64,000 nucleotides of DNA from Gemmatimonadaceae bacterium (GTDB lineage Bacteria; Gemmatimonadota; Gemmatimonadetes; Gemmatimonadales; Gemmatimonadaceae), in NCBI GenBank assembly GCA_051859245.1, contig JBHYGA010000006.1:160001-224000 (forward strand). The letters are read 5' to 3'. The notes under the pieces are model-generated. The model saw only the letters and a program-made list of their open reading frames with translations, had not been told where the DNA came from and ran no database searches. Position numbers and translations under genes: made by a program. Positions 1 to 9,872 of this stretch are shown here, in pieces. Within the stretch, counting starts at the first letter, position 1, and each line of letters begins with the position of its first letter.

Positions 1-2
1 CG

Positions 3-2324
3 TTCGATTTCGGATTTTCAAAGAATGAAGTCGAAACGTTCGAGGCGTGGCCGCGCGACAGCATTCTGGGTGATGTGGTCCGCGTGGTGCGCGCGTTTCG
101 TCCGCATGTGATCATCTCGGTGTTCAGTGGCACACCGCGTGACGGACACGGTCATCATCGGGTGGCCGGATTGCTGGCGCGCGAGGTGTATGATCAAGCG
201 GCTGACACGGTCGCCTTTCCCGTGCTCTCGCATGGACTCCCGTGGACCGTGCAGAAGTTCTATCGCAGCTCGCGATTCGCACCAGATGAAATGACACTGC
301 GTGTGAACGTGGGCGAGTACTCTCCGCTATTCGGACGCAGCTACTCCGAGATTGCCTCGGAAAGTCGCAGTCAGCACAAGTCACAGGGGTTTGGTTCGTT
401 GCAGCGTCGCGGTGCGCAGTGGGGCTACCTGAAGCGTGAAGCGTCGCGTGCTCCGGCGCCCGAGGATGCGCGACTCGAGGGTTCGATTTTTGACGGGATC
501 GACACCACGTGGTCTGCACTAACGCGACGCGTGACCGATGCACGCGTGCAGGCGCAGCTTGACAGTGCCGATGCGGCGTTTGTGGAGTCGCGTAATCGCT
601 ATCGCGCTGACGGGCCGGACGCCGTGGTCGCGTCGCTCGCGCGCGGCGTTCAGCACCTGCGCAGTGCACGTGATTTGATCGGTGCGCGACCACCGCTACG
701 GCACGCGGCGATGCCGGGATTCAGCGGCAGTCTCATTGATGCAGCCGGGCTCAACATCAGCAATGTGAGCGCGCTCTCGTCGTACGCGGATCCGGCGCTG
801 TGGGATGCGGTCACGCTCACCGAACAGCGCGCTTCGCTGGCGCTGACGCTCGCCGCTGGTGTTGCCGTGGAGGCCACCGCATCGCGCCGACTGCTGCCCA
901 TGTTCGAGCTGCGCAAAGGGTCAGCGCCCGACACCATGGATGTGGCTATTACCGTGTACAACCGCGGGCGCCAATCGTTGGTGCTGGGTGGCACGAGCAT
1001 CAACAGTTCCAACACGCTCGGCGCTCCACAGTTGATTGCGCCGGATAGTGCCATCACCACGCGTCAGTCTGCTCGCGTGAACCTGATTACCACCCCGTGG
1101 TGGCGCACGAATGGCCGCGAAAGCGCGTACTTTCGCGCGTCGATCGATGCACGTGATGACGCCGAACGTCAGCGACAAAGCGAATTGGCCGCCGTTGCGC
1201 GGGTGATGATTGCGGGCGTGCCAGTCGATGTGCGCGTCCCGGTCGTGAATCGTTTTGCGGATCCGGTGAAGGGTGATCAGCAGATTCCGGTTGCCGTTGT
1301 TCCCGGCATCACGATTGGTCTTGATCGTGGTGTGGAGTACGCGCGCGCCGGTGTGCCGATCGTGCGTCGACTGCGCGTGAACCTGTTGTCGGCGTACCCG
1401 TCGCCGCAGACCGTATCGGTACAACTCAAGTTGCCGCCCGGCATGGAAGCGGATTCGATCGCTCGCGAGCGCACGTTGCTCCCGGATGTGGGACTGTCGA
1501 TCACGTTCAACCTGCGCGGCACACTGCCTGAAGGCATGCATGAGCTGCAAGCGGTGGCCGTCCATATGGGACAGCCAGCGATGGCCGGATATTACACCAT
1601 TGCGTACGACCACATCACGCCGCAGCGCAACTACACGGCGTCCACCATGTACTTGTCGGCGGTACCGGTTGAACTGCGCGCGGGAACGCGTGTGGGCTAC
1701 ATCGCCGGCGTGAGTGACGATGGCATCAGTGCACTGCGGGCGCTCGACATTCCGACGGAGGAGCTTGAGCCGGAGCGCATTGCCAGTACCGACCTGTCTC
1801 GGTATAGCGCGATCGTGATTGGTCCGCGTGCGTATCAGGTGAGTGACGCGCTGCGTACCGCGAATCCGCGATTGTTCGCCTGGGCGGAGTCTGGCGGCAC
1901 ACTCGTTGTGCAGTACGGTCAGAACGAAATGCAGGAGCCTGGTGTGATGCCGTACCCCGTGCAGCTGGCGCGGCCGGCCGCACGGGTTACGAACGAGAAG
2001 GCGGCCGTTCGCGTGCTCGATGCCAGCGCGTCGTTGCTCCGCATTCCAAATCGCATTGGCGAATCCGATTGGTCGGCGTGGGTGCAGGAGCGCGCGGTGT
2101 ACATGCCCAGCAGCTTCGATCCTCGGTATCGCACCTACCTGGGGATGAACGATCCCGACGAAGCAGAAAACCGTGCAGCGATTCTCAGCACGCCACTCGG
2201 CCGTGGGCTGTATGTGTACACATCGCTGGCGCTGTTCCGGCAGTTGCCGTACGGCGTACCTGGTGGCGCGCGGTTGCTGGTGAACCTTGTGAGCGCCAAA
2301 GGAAGCGATCTGATCGTGCCGTAA
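3..2324 (+). CDS. PIG-L/LmbE family deacetylase-like protein (5' truncated by window edge) with C-terminal GATase-like domain
   Basis: Frame is open from base 3 (FDFGFSKNEVETFEAW...); family motifs DFGFSK, FRPHVII and GHGHH; C-terminal GGTLVVQY and WVQERAVY. Confidence 0.85.
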   Translation, partial: FDFGFSKNEVETFEAWPRDSILGDVVRVVRAFRPHVIISVFSGTPRDGHGHHRVAGLLAREVYDQAADTVAFPVLSHGLPWTVQKFYRSSRFAPDEMTLRVNVGEYSPLFGRSYSEIASESRSQHKSQGFGSLQRRGAQWGYLKREASRAPAPEDARLEGSIFDGIDTTWSALTRRVTDARVQAQLDSADAAFVESRNRYRADGPDAVVASLARGVQHLRSARDLIGARPPLRHAAMPGFSGSLIDAAGLNISNVSALSSYADPALWDAVTLTEQRASLALTLAAGVAVEATASRRLLPMFELRKGSAPDTMDVAITVYNRGRQSLVLGGTSINSSNTLGAPQLIAPDSAITTRQSARVNLITTPWWRTNGRESAYFRASIDARDDAERQRQSELAAVARVMIAGVPVDVRVPVVNRFADPVKGDQQIPVAVVPGITIGLDRGVEYARAGVPIVRRLRVNLLSAYPSPQTVSVQLKLPPGMEADSIARERTLLPDVGLSITFNLRGTLPEGMHELQAVAVHMGQPAMAGYYTIAYDHITPQRNYTASTMYLSAVPVELRAGTRVGYIAGVSDDGISALRALDIPTEELEPERIASTDLSRYSAIVIGPRAYQVSDALRTANPRLFAWAESGGTLVVQYGQNEMQEPGVMPYPVQLARPAARVTNEKAAVRVLDASASLLRIPNRIGESDWSAWVQERAVYMPSSFDPRYRTYLGMNDPDEAENRAAILSTPLGRGLYVYTSLALFRQLPYGVPGGARLLVNLVSAKGSDLIVP

Positions 2325-2358
2325 AGGTCGGGCTCGCCAGGTCGCTATGACCGAATAG

Positions 2359-2379
2359 TGTCGTAGCGTTGCTACGACA
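2359..2379. promoter_or_regulatory. Perfect inverted repeat TGTCGTAGC-N3-GCTACGACA, candidate enhancer-binding-protein site
   Basis: 9-bp perfect palindrome about 140 bp upstream of a sigma54-type promoter; second palindrome CGTTACA-N3-TGTAACG at 2454-2470. Confidence 0.45.
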
Positions 2380-2518
2380 GTGTAATCTTAGCGCTACGAT
2401 AAACAGCGAGAGCGACCAGGCCGTTGGCCAGATGGTACGCCAGTCTGTCCGCTCGTTACAGACTGTAACGACGGCCAAATTCTAGAATGCTGAACGTGAG
2501 CGCCAGAAATGTGATCTA

Positions 2519-2534
2519 TGGCACACTTCTGGCA
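2519..2534 (+). promoter_or_regulatory. sigma54 (-24/-12) promoter of the PEP-CTERM gene
   Basis: TGGCAC-ACTTC-TGGCA with exact GG-N10-GC spacing, ending about 75 bp before ATG 2608. Confidence 0.65.
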
Positions 2535-2607
2535 AAGGGGATGCGTGCGTGCGCGTGTGTCGCGCCGCTTTGACGCATTGCGCGTCGTCACCCCACGTCA
2601 CTTTCAC

Positions 2608-3390
2608 ATGCGCTCGATTTCCCATCTCCTGGTCGGCCTGTCCACCTCATTGCTGGCGGCGGGTTCACTCCAGGCGCAGGTCACCTTCGCGGGCACCACG
2701 ACGGGTTGCTTCTACCAGACTGGCGATGGACCGTGCGCCGCTGGCTCCAACTCCGCGACCGTCGGTCCCCTCACGTTCACTGGCACCAGCTTCAACGTGA
2801 ATGGTGGCCCGGGTGGCGTGATCGATCTTTCGAACATTGGCACCTTCTTTCTGGCGGATTCACCGAACTGGGTGTTCGACCGCATTCTGTTCAATGATCT
2901 CGACTGGAATTTCCGCCTCTTTGTCGCGTTTTCGTCGCCCGTGACCACACCCGCTGGCGCGTCATTTACCGCCGACTTCGACGGCAGCTTCTACATCAAC
3001 TCGTCGTCCGATGAGTTGGATATCGATTTCTCATCGTCCAGCAAGTCGTTCGATTACGATGGCGGCTCGTTCTCGCTCAAGATCGACGATGTTGACGATC
3101 TCAAGCGCTACAAGGCGGCGGAGTACTACTCCAACGGAAGGCTGAAGCGTGCCGGGCAGTCTGGGCTCGAAGAACTCACCGGCGAAATCACATGCAAGGG
3201 AAAGGTCTACAGCAGCACCGCGAAGAAGGGAAAGAAGGGCGGCCATGGCAGCAGCTGGACCTACGTTGACACGTGCGGTCCTGAGAACACACCGGAGCCG
3301 TCACAGGTCCCGGAGCCGTCGAGCCTAGTGCTGTTGGCCAGTGGCATGGCCGCTTTTGCGGTGGTCGCACGCCGTCGTCGGAACGCGTAG
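2608..3390 (+). CDS. PEP-CTERM sorting-domain protein, secreted
   Basis: Signal peptide MRSISHLLVGLSTSLLAAGSLQA; C-terminus VPEPSSLVLLASGMAAFAVVARRRRNA (VPEP, TM helix, Arg cluster). Confidence 0.9.
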   Translation: MRSISHLLVGLSTSLLAAGSLQAQVTFAGTTTGCFYQTGDGPCAAGSNSATVGPLTFTGTSFNVNGGPGGVIDLSNIGTFFLADSPNWVFDRILFNDLDWNFRLFVAFSSPVTTPAGASFTADFDGSFYINSSSDELDIDFSSSSKSFDYDGGSFSLKIDDVDDLKRYKAAEYYSNGRLKRAGQSGLEELTGEITCKGKVYSSTAKKGKKGGHGSSWTYVDTCGPENTPEPSQVPEPSSLVLLASGMAAFAVVARRRRNA

Positions 3391-3440
3391 TACGGATCGC
3401 GTTCGGCGATAGGCGAGAACGCGCGACTCCGTATTGATGT

Positions 3441-3477
3441 ACAAAAGGCCCCCGACAATCTGTCGGGGGCCTTTTGT
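3441..3477. terminator. Bidirectional rho-independent terminator
   Basis: ACAAAAGGCCCCCGACA-ATC-TGTCGGGGGCCTTTTGT perfect 17-bp stem with A/T tails between convergent genes. Confidence 0.9.
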
Positions 3478-3500
3478 TAAACATGGAGGGGCCGTTCTGA

Positions 3501-4850
3501 TTAAATCCCCACTTCGCTATTCAATCGGAACACAAAGTTGCTGGCGCGCAGCCCGGAAAACGGATCACGTGTGGCGTTATGCGTGATCTCACCCTGCAAT
3601 CGCACCCGGTGACGATTGAAATACCGTGTGATACCGAGCGTGCGGTGCTCCTGCACCACCGCGCCGATCTCTCCGAGAATCGCGCGGTCTGGTGACGTTT
3701 GCGCGTACCTGACGGCGGGCTCCCAGTTATGCAGAAAGTAGCTGGCCTGAAAGAGGCGTCCGGTGCCGGTGTAGACGTAGCGATTGGGAGCACCGTCCTT
3801 CGTCGTGACAGGCGCATCGGCCGAGCGAGCAGCGAACTCAGAGTACGCGGCGAATCCACGATATTTGAAGAGCCCATCGATGTACACCGTCTCGAAACTC
3901 ACGGGCGACCACAGCGCACTACCCAGCTGACCGCCAGTGCGTGACGAACGTGAGTTGGTGCCGTAGCTGGCGCCGAAGGAGATTTTGGGCGAACGCTCAC
4001 GCAGAACATCACCTTCGAAGTAGTCACCACCTTCGGTGAAGGCGCCAAGCGGCAGCAACTCGACGCGCGCCGTGTTGGCTATGCCTGCCTTTTGTGTGGG
4101 CTGATTGCGTCCCTCGCCCAGCGAGATCGCGTACTGGAGGTTCATTCGCGCGCGTCCGATCTGATGATCAAAGCGCGTAAAGATTCCCTGATCGCGATCA
4201 TACGTAAATCGATTGTTGACAATCGAACGTTCGGCAAACTGCAAATCGCCCGACGACACCACACGCTGACGATTGCCTGGCAGTTTGGTTTGTCCGAAGC
4301 CAATCTGAAACGATGGATTGAAACGCCAGTACGCCACGGCATCGCGCACCACGTTCGGCGCCTGCGTGTCGTCGAAGTCCTGGTCTCGGCGTGTAAAGGA
4401 CAGTTGCAGCTTGATCGACAACCGAGGGTCCAGCACGCTTCCATCCAGACGCAACCGCACGCGGCGCGGCGCCATGCTCATGTCCCTGGCCGCGAAGTCA
4501 TCTGTTGATACGGTTGTGATTTCGGCCGAGTTCTGAATGCGTGCACGCAACGTGAGCTTTGTGCTGGCATCAGGTGACGAAAACGTGATACCACGAGAAC
4601 CGACCGTAATCACGGATGCAATCGCGGCCGACGTGGCTGCAGCCTGCGCCGCGATCGTGGCCGAATCTGTACGAGACGCCGCGCCATCAACGCGCCGAAG
4701 TTCCCGTAGCGAATCCGCCCGCGTTGCGCCGCGTGCCGCAATCTCAGAGGAACGTGGACGATCCTGCAACGCGTACAACGCTTGTGTGGGCCCTGCTATG
4801 CACAGTACGGCGCACACGATGACGTATGCGCGAATAACGGTCGACGGCAT
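3501..4850 (-). CDS. Outer-membrane porin, phosphate-selective porin O/P-like
   Basis: Signal peptide; RRVRLRLDG, FGQTKLPGNRQRVVSS..LQFAERS and DRDQG motifs; amphipathic beta-strand pattern. Confidence 0.75.
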   Translation of the reverse strand: MPSTVIRAYVIVCAVLCIAGPTQALYALQDRPRSSEIAARGATRADSLRELRRVDGAASRTDSATIAAQAAATSAAIASVITVGSRGITFSSPDASTKLTLRARIQNSAEITTVSTDDFAARDMSMAPRRVRLRLDGSVLDPRLSIKLQLSFTRRDQDFDDTQAPNVVRDAVAYWRFNPSFQIGFGQTKLPGNRQRVVSSGDLQFAERSIVNNRFTYDRDQGIFTRFDHQIGRARMNLQYAISLGEGRNQPTQKAGIANTARVELLPLGAFTEGGDYFEGDVLRERSPKISFGASYGTNSRSSRTGGQLGSALWSPVSFETVYIDGLFKYRGFAAYSEFAARSADAPVTTKDGAPNRYVYTGTGRLFQASYFLHNWEPAVRYAQTSPDRAILGEIGAVVQEHRTLGITRYFNRHRVRLQGEITHNATRDPFSGLRASNFVFRLNSEVGI

Positions 4851-4958
4851 GAAAGTGAACTGGAAATCGGTGATGACAACGCGAGGGAGCCTTCCCGAGT
4901 GTCGGCACGTCCTGCGATTTCATGACTCACCTGTGACGTTGGCGATACGCAGCTGAAC

Positions 4959-4986
4959 TCAAGAGTCGTGAAGCACGATCCGATAC
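4959..4986 (+). promoter_or_regulatory. Putative sigma28 (FliA)-type promoter for the chemoreceptor gene
   Basis: TCAAG-N15-TCCGATAC resembles TAAA-N15-GCCGATAA and lies upstream of an MCP. Confidence 0.4.
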
Positions 4987-5043
4987 TGGAGCCTGTTCAC
5001 TGATCCACTGCAAATCACGCAATTTCTGATTACTCCCCGTTCG

Positions 5044-7050
5044 ATGAAACGTCGTACAGTTTCACGCAAGATCAATACAGTCATCGGTTTAGCTATCGGT
5101 TCCGGATTGTTGTTGTTGCTCGTGGCACTTTGGCAGCAGTCAGCCGTGGCGTCTGAATATCAGTCCCTGATCAGCGGCACTATCGAAGCCCGACAGCGCT
5201 CCATCAAGGCGCAGTTTCATTTGAAAGGTCAGGTGCAGGAATGGAAGAACGTGCTCATCCGTGGAAGTGACGAAACCCTGCGCACCAAGCACTTCGACGC
5301 GTTTGTGTTGGAAGAAGCGGCCGTGCAAGCGCAGGCTGATTCACTTGGTTCACTGCTGACCGACTCTACGCAGATAGCGCTCGTGTCGTCCGTTGCCGAT
5401 GCGCATCGCACGCTCGGCGGTCAATATCGCGAGGCGTATGAGGCATTCCGCGCTGGTGGTGGGACGGATATTGCAGCGGCTGATGCCGCGCTCAAGGGCA
5501 AAGACCGGGCGCCGGTTGTATTACTCGATTCGTTGGCTCGTTCGCTGTCCATCACAACGGATGAAGCAATCGCGACGCAGCAGGCGCGTGCCGCACGCGT
5601 TCGCACCATGCTTTCGGTCTCCGCGCTGTTCATCTTCGCAATCACAACGGCGGTGGCTGTGCGGATCGGCCGGTCGCTTTCGCGTCGCGTGAATGCCGTT
5701 GTCGATCGCGTCCAACGTGTTGCACGCACTGACATCTCCGCCATGTCCGCGTCCGCAACTGGACTGGCCGACGGAGCGCTAGACGTTGTCGCTGCAGAAC
5801 GCACCGCGCATCTTGATCCGTCTGACAACGACGAGCTCACGGATCTTGCGCATTCACTCAACGGCATGATCGACGCAAGCGCGTCATCCTCGGCGGCATT
5901 GACGCGCGCGATCAATACGCTGCAGGCGTTGATTGCCGAAGCCAGTAGTCTGGCTGCTGCTGCACGCGAAGGTCGCCTGTCCGCACGTGGTGACGCGAAT
6001 CGATTTGCTGGTGGCTACAAGCTGCTGGTCGAGGAAATGAATGCGATGCTCGAAGAAACGATGGCGCCGATCAACGAAGCATCAGCGGTGCTTGCCCGAG
6101 TTGCCGATCGTGATCTGACGGCGCGCGTGGAAGGCACGTACCGCGGTGATCATGCGGCCATCGCTGAATCCGTGAATACAGCGGTTGAGAATCTGGATAA
6201 TGTTCTGCTTGAGATGTCGCGCGCTGCGGATCAGGTTGCCTCCGCCTCATCGCAGATCGCCAGTGGTGCGTCGACGCTCGCTGAGGCGACCTCGGAGCAG
6301 GCGGCGTCGATTGAAGAAGTCACCGCCTCGTTGCTTGACCTGTCGGCATCAAGCGACAACAACTCGAACAGCGCGAAGGAAGCGAAGGTGCTTTCTGATG
6401 GTTCACGTGCTGAAGCGAGCGAAGGTGTCGCGGCCATGAATGAACTGCACGACGCACTGAAGGAGGTGTCCGCCAGTGCAGATGCAACCGCTCGCATTGT
6501 GAAAACGATTGACGAAATCGCGTTCCAGACCAACTTGCTGGCCCTGAATGCGGCGGTGGAAGCGGCGCGCGCCGGTGACGCAGGACGTGGTTTCGCCGTG
6601 GTGGCCGATGAAGTGCGTGCGCTGGCATTGCGCAGCGCGGAGGCCGCGAAGCAGACGGCTGACCTGATCGAGAAATCGGTACAGGACGCCCGTCGTGGAA
6701 CGTCGCTCGGTACGCGCGCGGCAGAGCGGCTGAGCAGTATTGATGCGGGCGTCAACTCGGTCACGGGCGTGATGGAGCGCATTGTCGAGCTGTCACAGTC
6801 GCAGCGCGAAGGCGTGCGTGAAATTTCGCGCACGATGGAGCATATGAACTCGGCCACACAGTCAGCGGCGACAAACTCGGAAGAGTCGGCAGCGGCATCG
6901 GAAGAACTTTCCAGTCAGGCGGGGCGCGTTCGCGAGCTGGTTGGATCGTTCAAGACCACTGGTGCAGCCTCACGTGTGACTGCGTCGCCGCGCTCGATGC
7001 AGCGCGCTGGCCGGGTTTCGGCGGCGCGGTTGGAAGCGTCGATCTTCTAG
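5044..7050 (+). CDS. Methyl-accepting chemotaxis protein
   Basis: Two TM helices flank a sensor domain ([11 protein letters not shown]); HAMP repeats; signalling tip [37 protein letters not shown]. Confidence 0.95.
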   Translation: MKRRTVSRKINTVIGLAIGSGLLLLLVALWQQSAVASEYQSLISGTIEARQRSIKAQFHLKGQVQEWKNVLIRGSDETLRTKHFDAFVLEEAAVQAQADSLGSLLTDSTQIALVSSVADAHRTLGGQYREAYEAFRAGGGTDIAAADAALKGKDRAPVVLLDSLARSLSITTDEAIATQQARAARVRTMLSVSALFIFAITTAVAVRIGRSLSRRVNAVVDRVQRVARTDISAMSASATGLADGALDVVAAERTAHLDPSDNDELTDLAHSLNGMIDASASSSAALTRAINTLQALIAEASSLAAAAREGRLSARGDANRFAGGYKLLVEEMNAMLEETMAPINEASAVLARVADRDLTARVEGTYRGDHAAIAESVNTAVENLDNVLLEMSRAADQVASASSQIASGASTLAEATSEQAASIEEVTASLLDLSASSDNNSNSAKEAKVLSDGSRAEASEGVAAMNELHDALKEVSASADATARIVKTIDEIAFQTNLLALNAAVEAARAGDAGRGFAVVADEVRALALRSAEAAKQTADLIEKSVQDARRGTSLGTRAAERLSSIDAGVNSVTGVMERIVELSQSQREGVREISRTMEHMNSATQSAATNSEESAAASEELSSQAGRVRELVGSFKTTGAASRVTASPRSMQRAGRVSAARLEASIF

Positions 7051-7072
7051 AATCCAGTGAGCGCTCGCCGTC

Positions 7073-7103
7073 GGGGCGGTCTGACCATGTGCCGGGCCGC
7101 CCC
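7073..7103 (+). terminator. Possible terminator hairpin after the MCP gene
   Basis: GGGGCGGTCTG...CGGGCCGCCCC followed by GTTGCTTTT; imperfect U-tract. Confidence 0.35.
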
Positions 7104-7211
7104 GTTGCTTTTGGTCGTCGGAATTGCCCCGGTACGGCGCTTCCCATCATCCGCGACACGCGTTCACTTACGGCCGTGCCAACTCCACGCGTATTGCCAG
7201 GATCCTCGGGC

Positions 7212-9134
7212 GTGAGCCCGACTCGCGCCATCACAATTGCACTCGTAGCCTCTCTGCTGCTCACGAGTTGCGACGCTGCCACGTCAGACCGTTCACCCGA
7301 CGCCTATCGTGTGTTCGACGCCTTTTCGGCCGAGGAGATCCGTCGGGCCGTAGCTTCGGCGCGCCGCGAAACGGCCGTTGCCGCCGGCGCGCGCATCGTG
7401 TCGGTCACCCTCGATGAACCGGATAAGGCGATCGTACTGGGCGGTGGTGCGGTGGAGCGCGTCGCACGCGTGCTGACGTACAACATGACAGCGAACGTGA
7501 CGGCCGAAACGCGAGTGCAGGTGACCGACGGCCGTGTACTGTCATCGCGCGTCATTCCCGATGTGCAACCGGCACTCGGCGCGGCTGACGCGATGCGCGC
7601 GAGCGAAATTGTGAACGCTGATGCACGCTGGGCGGACGCGATGCGGCGACGCGGGGTGACGGATCTTGCGGATGTTTTCGCTGCCAGCTGGAGCGTGGGA
7701 TATTTTGGCGACTCGACGCAACGTGATCGGTTGGTTCGCGTGATTCCGTCGCTGCGTGAAGGGGCGCGTGATAATGTGTTCATGCGGCCCATCGAGGGTG
7801 TTTCGGCGCTGGTGAATCTCACGAGTGGCCGAGTGGAATCGTTGACTGATGAAGCGGTCACGCCGGTTGCTGACGAGTCGCAGTTCAGCGAACTGACGGA
7901 TGACGCCTCGGCACCGCGTAATGAAGTGATCAGCAACACGATCGAAGTCGCAGGCGGTTACGTGCGATGGCGAAACTGGAAGCTGCACGTGTCGCCGGAC
8001 TCGCGTGAAGGTGTGGTGTTGCACCGCGTTTCGTACACAGACCAGGGACGCGAGCGATCACTGCTCTACCGCGCGGGCGTTTCCGAAATGGTGGTGCCGT
8101 ACGGTGATCCCGCGGCGGGCTGGTACGTGCGCAATGCGCTCGACGCCGGCGAACTCGGGCTCGGTCAGTTCGTGTTACCGCTCCGCGAAGGTGTGGATGT
8201 GCCAAACGGTGCGCGGTTTCTCTCTGCAACACTGGTAAACGAAACCGGGACACCCGTAGAGCATCCACGTGCGATTGCGTTGTATGAGCGCGACGGTGGA
8301 CTGGCGTGGCGATTCATGCAATCAGCGCGGCGATCGCGTCAGCTGGTGATTGAATGGATCTCAACAGTGGGCAACTACGAATACGCGTTCGCCTGGATCT
8401 TTCACGAAGACGGTGTGATCGAGCAGCGTACAACGCTCACCGGCATCATGTCGGTCAAGGGCGCTACTCGCGCGAACGATAGCAGTGCTCTGCACGGGCA
8501 ACGCGTAAGCGATCGGATCGTCGCGCCACATCATCAGCACTTCTTTGCGTTTCGTCTTGACGTGGATGTTGATGGTGCGAATTCGCATCGCGTGCTTGAG
8601 GTCGACGCGCAGTCGTCGACGGAGCATGATGTGCACAACAGTCGCGCCGAAATGCACGCGCGGTCGCAGGTACTCGACACCGAACTCGGCGCGCGTCGCA
8701 TGACGTCTGGCGCCACGGCTCGACGGTGGGTGGTGCAGAACACCGGCGTGCGTAACGCGGTGAATGAGCCAACGGCGGTGAGTCTGCTGCCCGGTGAGAA
8801 TTCGGTGCCACTGGCCGACACAGCCGCCTGGATACGCAAGCGGGCAGGGTTTATCGACGCGCAGCTTTGGGTTACGCCGTATCGCCGAAGCGAGTTGTAT
8901 GCAGCCGGTGACTATCCGAATCAGAGCCGGGGTGGCGACGGGCTGCCTGCATTTACGCGTGGTGATGCGCCGGTGGCGAACACCGACGTGGTGCTCTGGT
9001 ACGTGATGGGTATTACGCACCTGCCGCGAACGGAAGATTGGCCAGTGATGCCGTCGCATGTGGCGGGCTTCAAGCTGGTGCCCACGGGGTTTTTTTCGCG
9101 GAATCCGCTGGTTCGTGTGGACACGGTGCGCTAG
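7212..9134 (+). CDS. tynA: Copper-containing (TPQ) primary amine oxidase, predicted lipoprotein; start uncertain (7176 or 7212)
   Basis: TVGNYEY TPQ consensus, HHQHF and THLP copper ligands, LDAGE catalytic base, SEMVVPYGDP, EDWPVMP; lipobox LLTSC. Confidence 0.9.
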   Translation: MSPTRAITIALVASLLLTSCDAATSDRSPDAYRVFDAFSAEEIRRAVASARRETAVAAGARIVSVTLDEPDKAIVLGGGAVERVARVLTYNMTANVTAETRVQVTDGRVLSSRVIPDVQPALGAADAMRASEIVNADARWADAMRRRGVTDLADVFAASWSVGYFGDSTQRDRLVRVIPSLREGARDNVFMRPIEGVSALVNLTSGRVESLTDEAVTPVADESQFSELTDDASAPRNEVISNTIEVAGGYVRWRNWKLHVSPDSREGVVLHRVSYTDQGRERSLLYRAGVSEMVVPYGDPAAGWYVRNALDAGELGLGQFVLPLREGVDVPNGARFLSATLVNETGTPVEHPRAIALYERDGGLAWRFMQSARRSRQLVIEWISTVGNYEYAFAWIFHEDGVIEQRTTLTGIMSVKGATRANDSSALHGQRVSDRIVAPHHQHFFAFRLDVDVDGANSHRVLEVDAQSSTEHDVHNSRAEMHARSQVLDTELGARRMTSGATARRWVVQNTGVRNAVNEPTAVSLLPGENSVPLADTAAWIRKRAGFIDAQLWVTPYRRSELYAAGDYPNQSRGGDGLPAFTRGDAPVANTDVVLWYVMGITHLPRTEDWPVMPSHVAGFKLVPTGFFSRNPLVRVDTVR

Positions 9135-9199
9135 CGACGTATTCGCACCGCTGTGTGCATTCGTATGCTTGAGTCCGGTACTGTCACAATTTTCGCCTC

Positions 9200-9228
9200 T
9201 TGCACAGACGCTCAGAAAATCGTACTGT
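9200..9228 (+). promoter_or_regulatory. sigma70-type promoter, copy 1
   Basis: TTGCAC-N17-TACTGT; same position and spacing in copy 2. Confidence 0.6.
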
Positions 9229-9277
9229 CGCGGTCCAACCTGAAGTACACGCCTACCCGAAGTCCGAGAGGTCGCGT

Positions 9278-9475
9278 ATGAAAAAGTTCGCTGCTGCAGT
9301 TGCTGTGCTGGCGTTGTCGGCGGGGCCGTTGATGGCGGTTGGCAGTCAGGACCCCTGCCAAATCACCGCGTGTCCGCCAGTGTCCTCTGTGCCCGAGCCC
9401 GCCACCATGGCCCTCCTCGCTGGCGGAGCCGTACTGCTCGGCGCCACCGCGTGGCGTCGCCGCAAGAACCGCTGA
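9278..9475 (+). CDS. PEP-CTERM microprotein 1 (65 aa): signal peptide, core VGSQDPCQITACPPVSSV, PEP-CTERM tail
   Basis: GAGG RBS; MKKFAAAVAVLALSAGPLMA signal; VPEPATMALLAGGAVLLGATAWRRRKNR; mostly synonymous differences from its paralog. Confidence 0.88.
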   Translation: MKKFAAAVAVLALSAGPLMAVGSQDPCQITACPPVSSVPEPATMALLAGGAVLLGATAWRRRKNR

Positions 9476-9492
9476 TTTTCTCAGCAGCATGA

Positions 9493-9538
9493 ACACGACG
9501 TCGCACGCGCACCGTGTCAGAACGCTGCGACGGCGTGT
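9493..9538 (+). terminator. Conserved 3' stem-loop, copy 1
   Basis: ACACGACGTCGCA / TGCGACGGCGTGT stem (one mismatch); weak U-tract. Confidence 0.5.
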
Positions 9539-9581
9539 CTTGTGTGCAGGCGATGCATTCACGTCGCGCAGCTATTGACTC

Positions 9582-9610
9582 TTGCTGAACCGCTCGGAAA
9601 AACGTATTGT
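9582..9610 (+). promoter_or_regulatory. sigma70-type promoter, copy 2
   Basis: TTGCTG-N17-TATTGT. Confidence 0.6.
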
Positions 9611-9658
9611 CGCCGTCCTACCTGAACTGAACGCCTACCGATTCTTAAGAGGTCGCGT

Positions 9659-9859
9659 ATGAAAAAGTTCGCTGCTGCAGTTGCTGTATTGGCGTTGTCG
9701 GCTGGGCCGTTGATGGCGGGCATACCGGTGCCGCAGTGTGGTCAGCCCGGCGCCGCGCCCTGCCCAAGTTCAGTCCCCGAGCCCGCCACCATGGCCCTCC
9801 TCGCCGGCGGAGCCGTACTGCTCGGCGCCACCGCATGGCGTCGCCGCAACAACCGCTGA
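9659..9859 (+). CDS. PEP-CTERM microprotein 2 (66 aa): same signal peptide, core GIPVPQCGQPGAAPCPSSV, PEP-CTERM tail
   Basis: Same RBS and signal peptide as 9278-9475; tail VPEPATMALLAGGAVLLGATAWRRRNNR. Confidence 0.88.
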   Translation: MKKFAAAVAVLALSAGPLMAGIPVPQCGQPGAAPCPSSVPEPATMALLAGGAVLLGATAWRRRNNR

Positions 9860-9872
9860 TTTTCTCGGCACC

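Noticed and set aside
9278..9859. Diversity-generating retroelement TR/VR pair as the source of the variable cores
   Set aside because: The cores differ in length and at all base types, not only at adenines; both copies are genes with promoters; no reverse transcriptase is in the window
9738..9872. N-terminal extension of the cyclase ORF
   Set aside because: It overlaps microprotein 2 in another frame; the lipoprotein signal begins downstream
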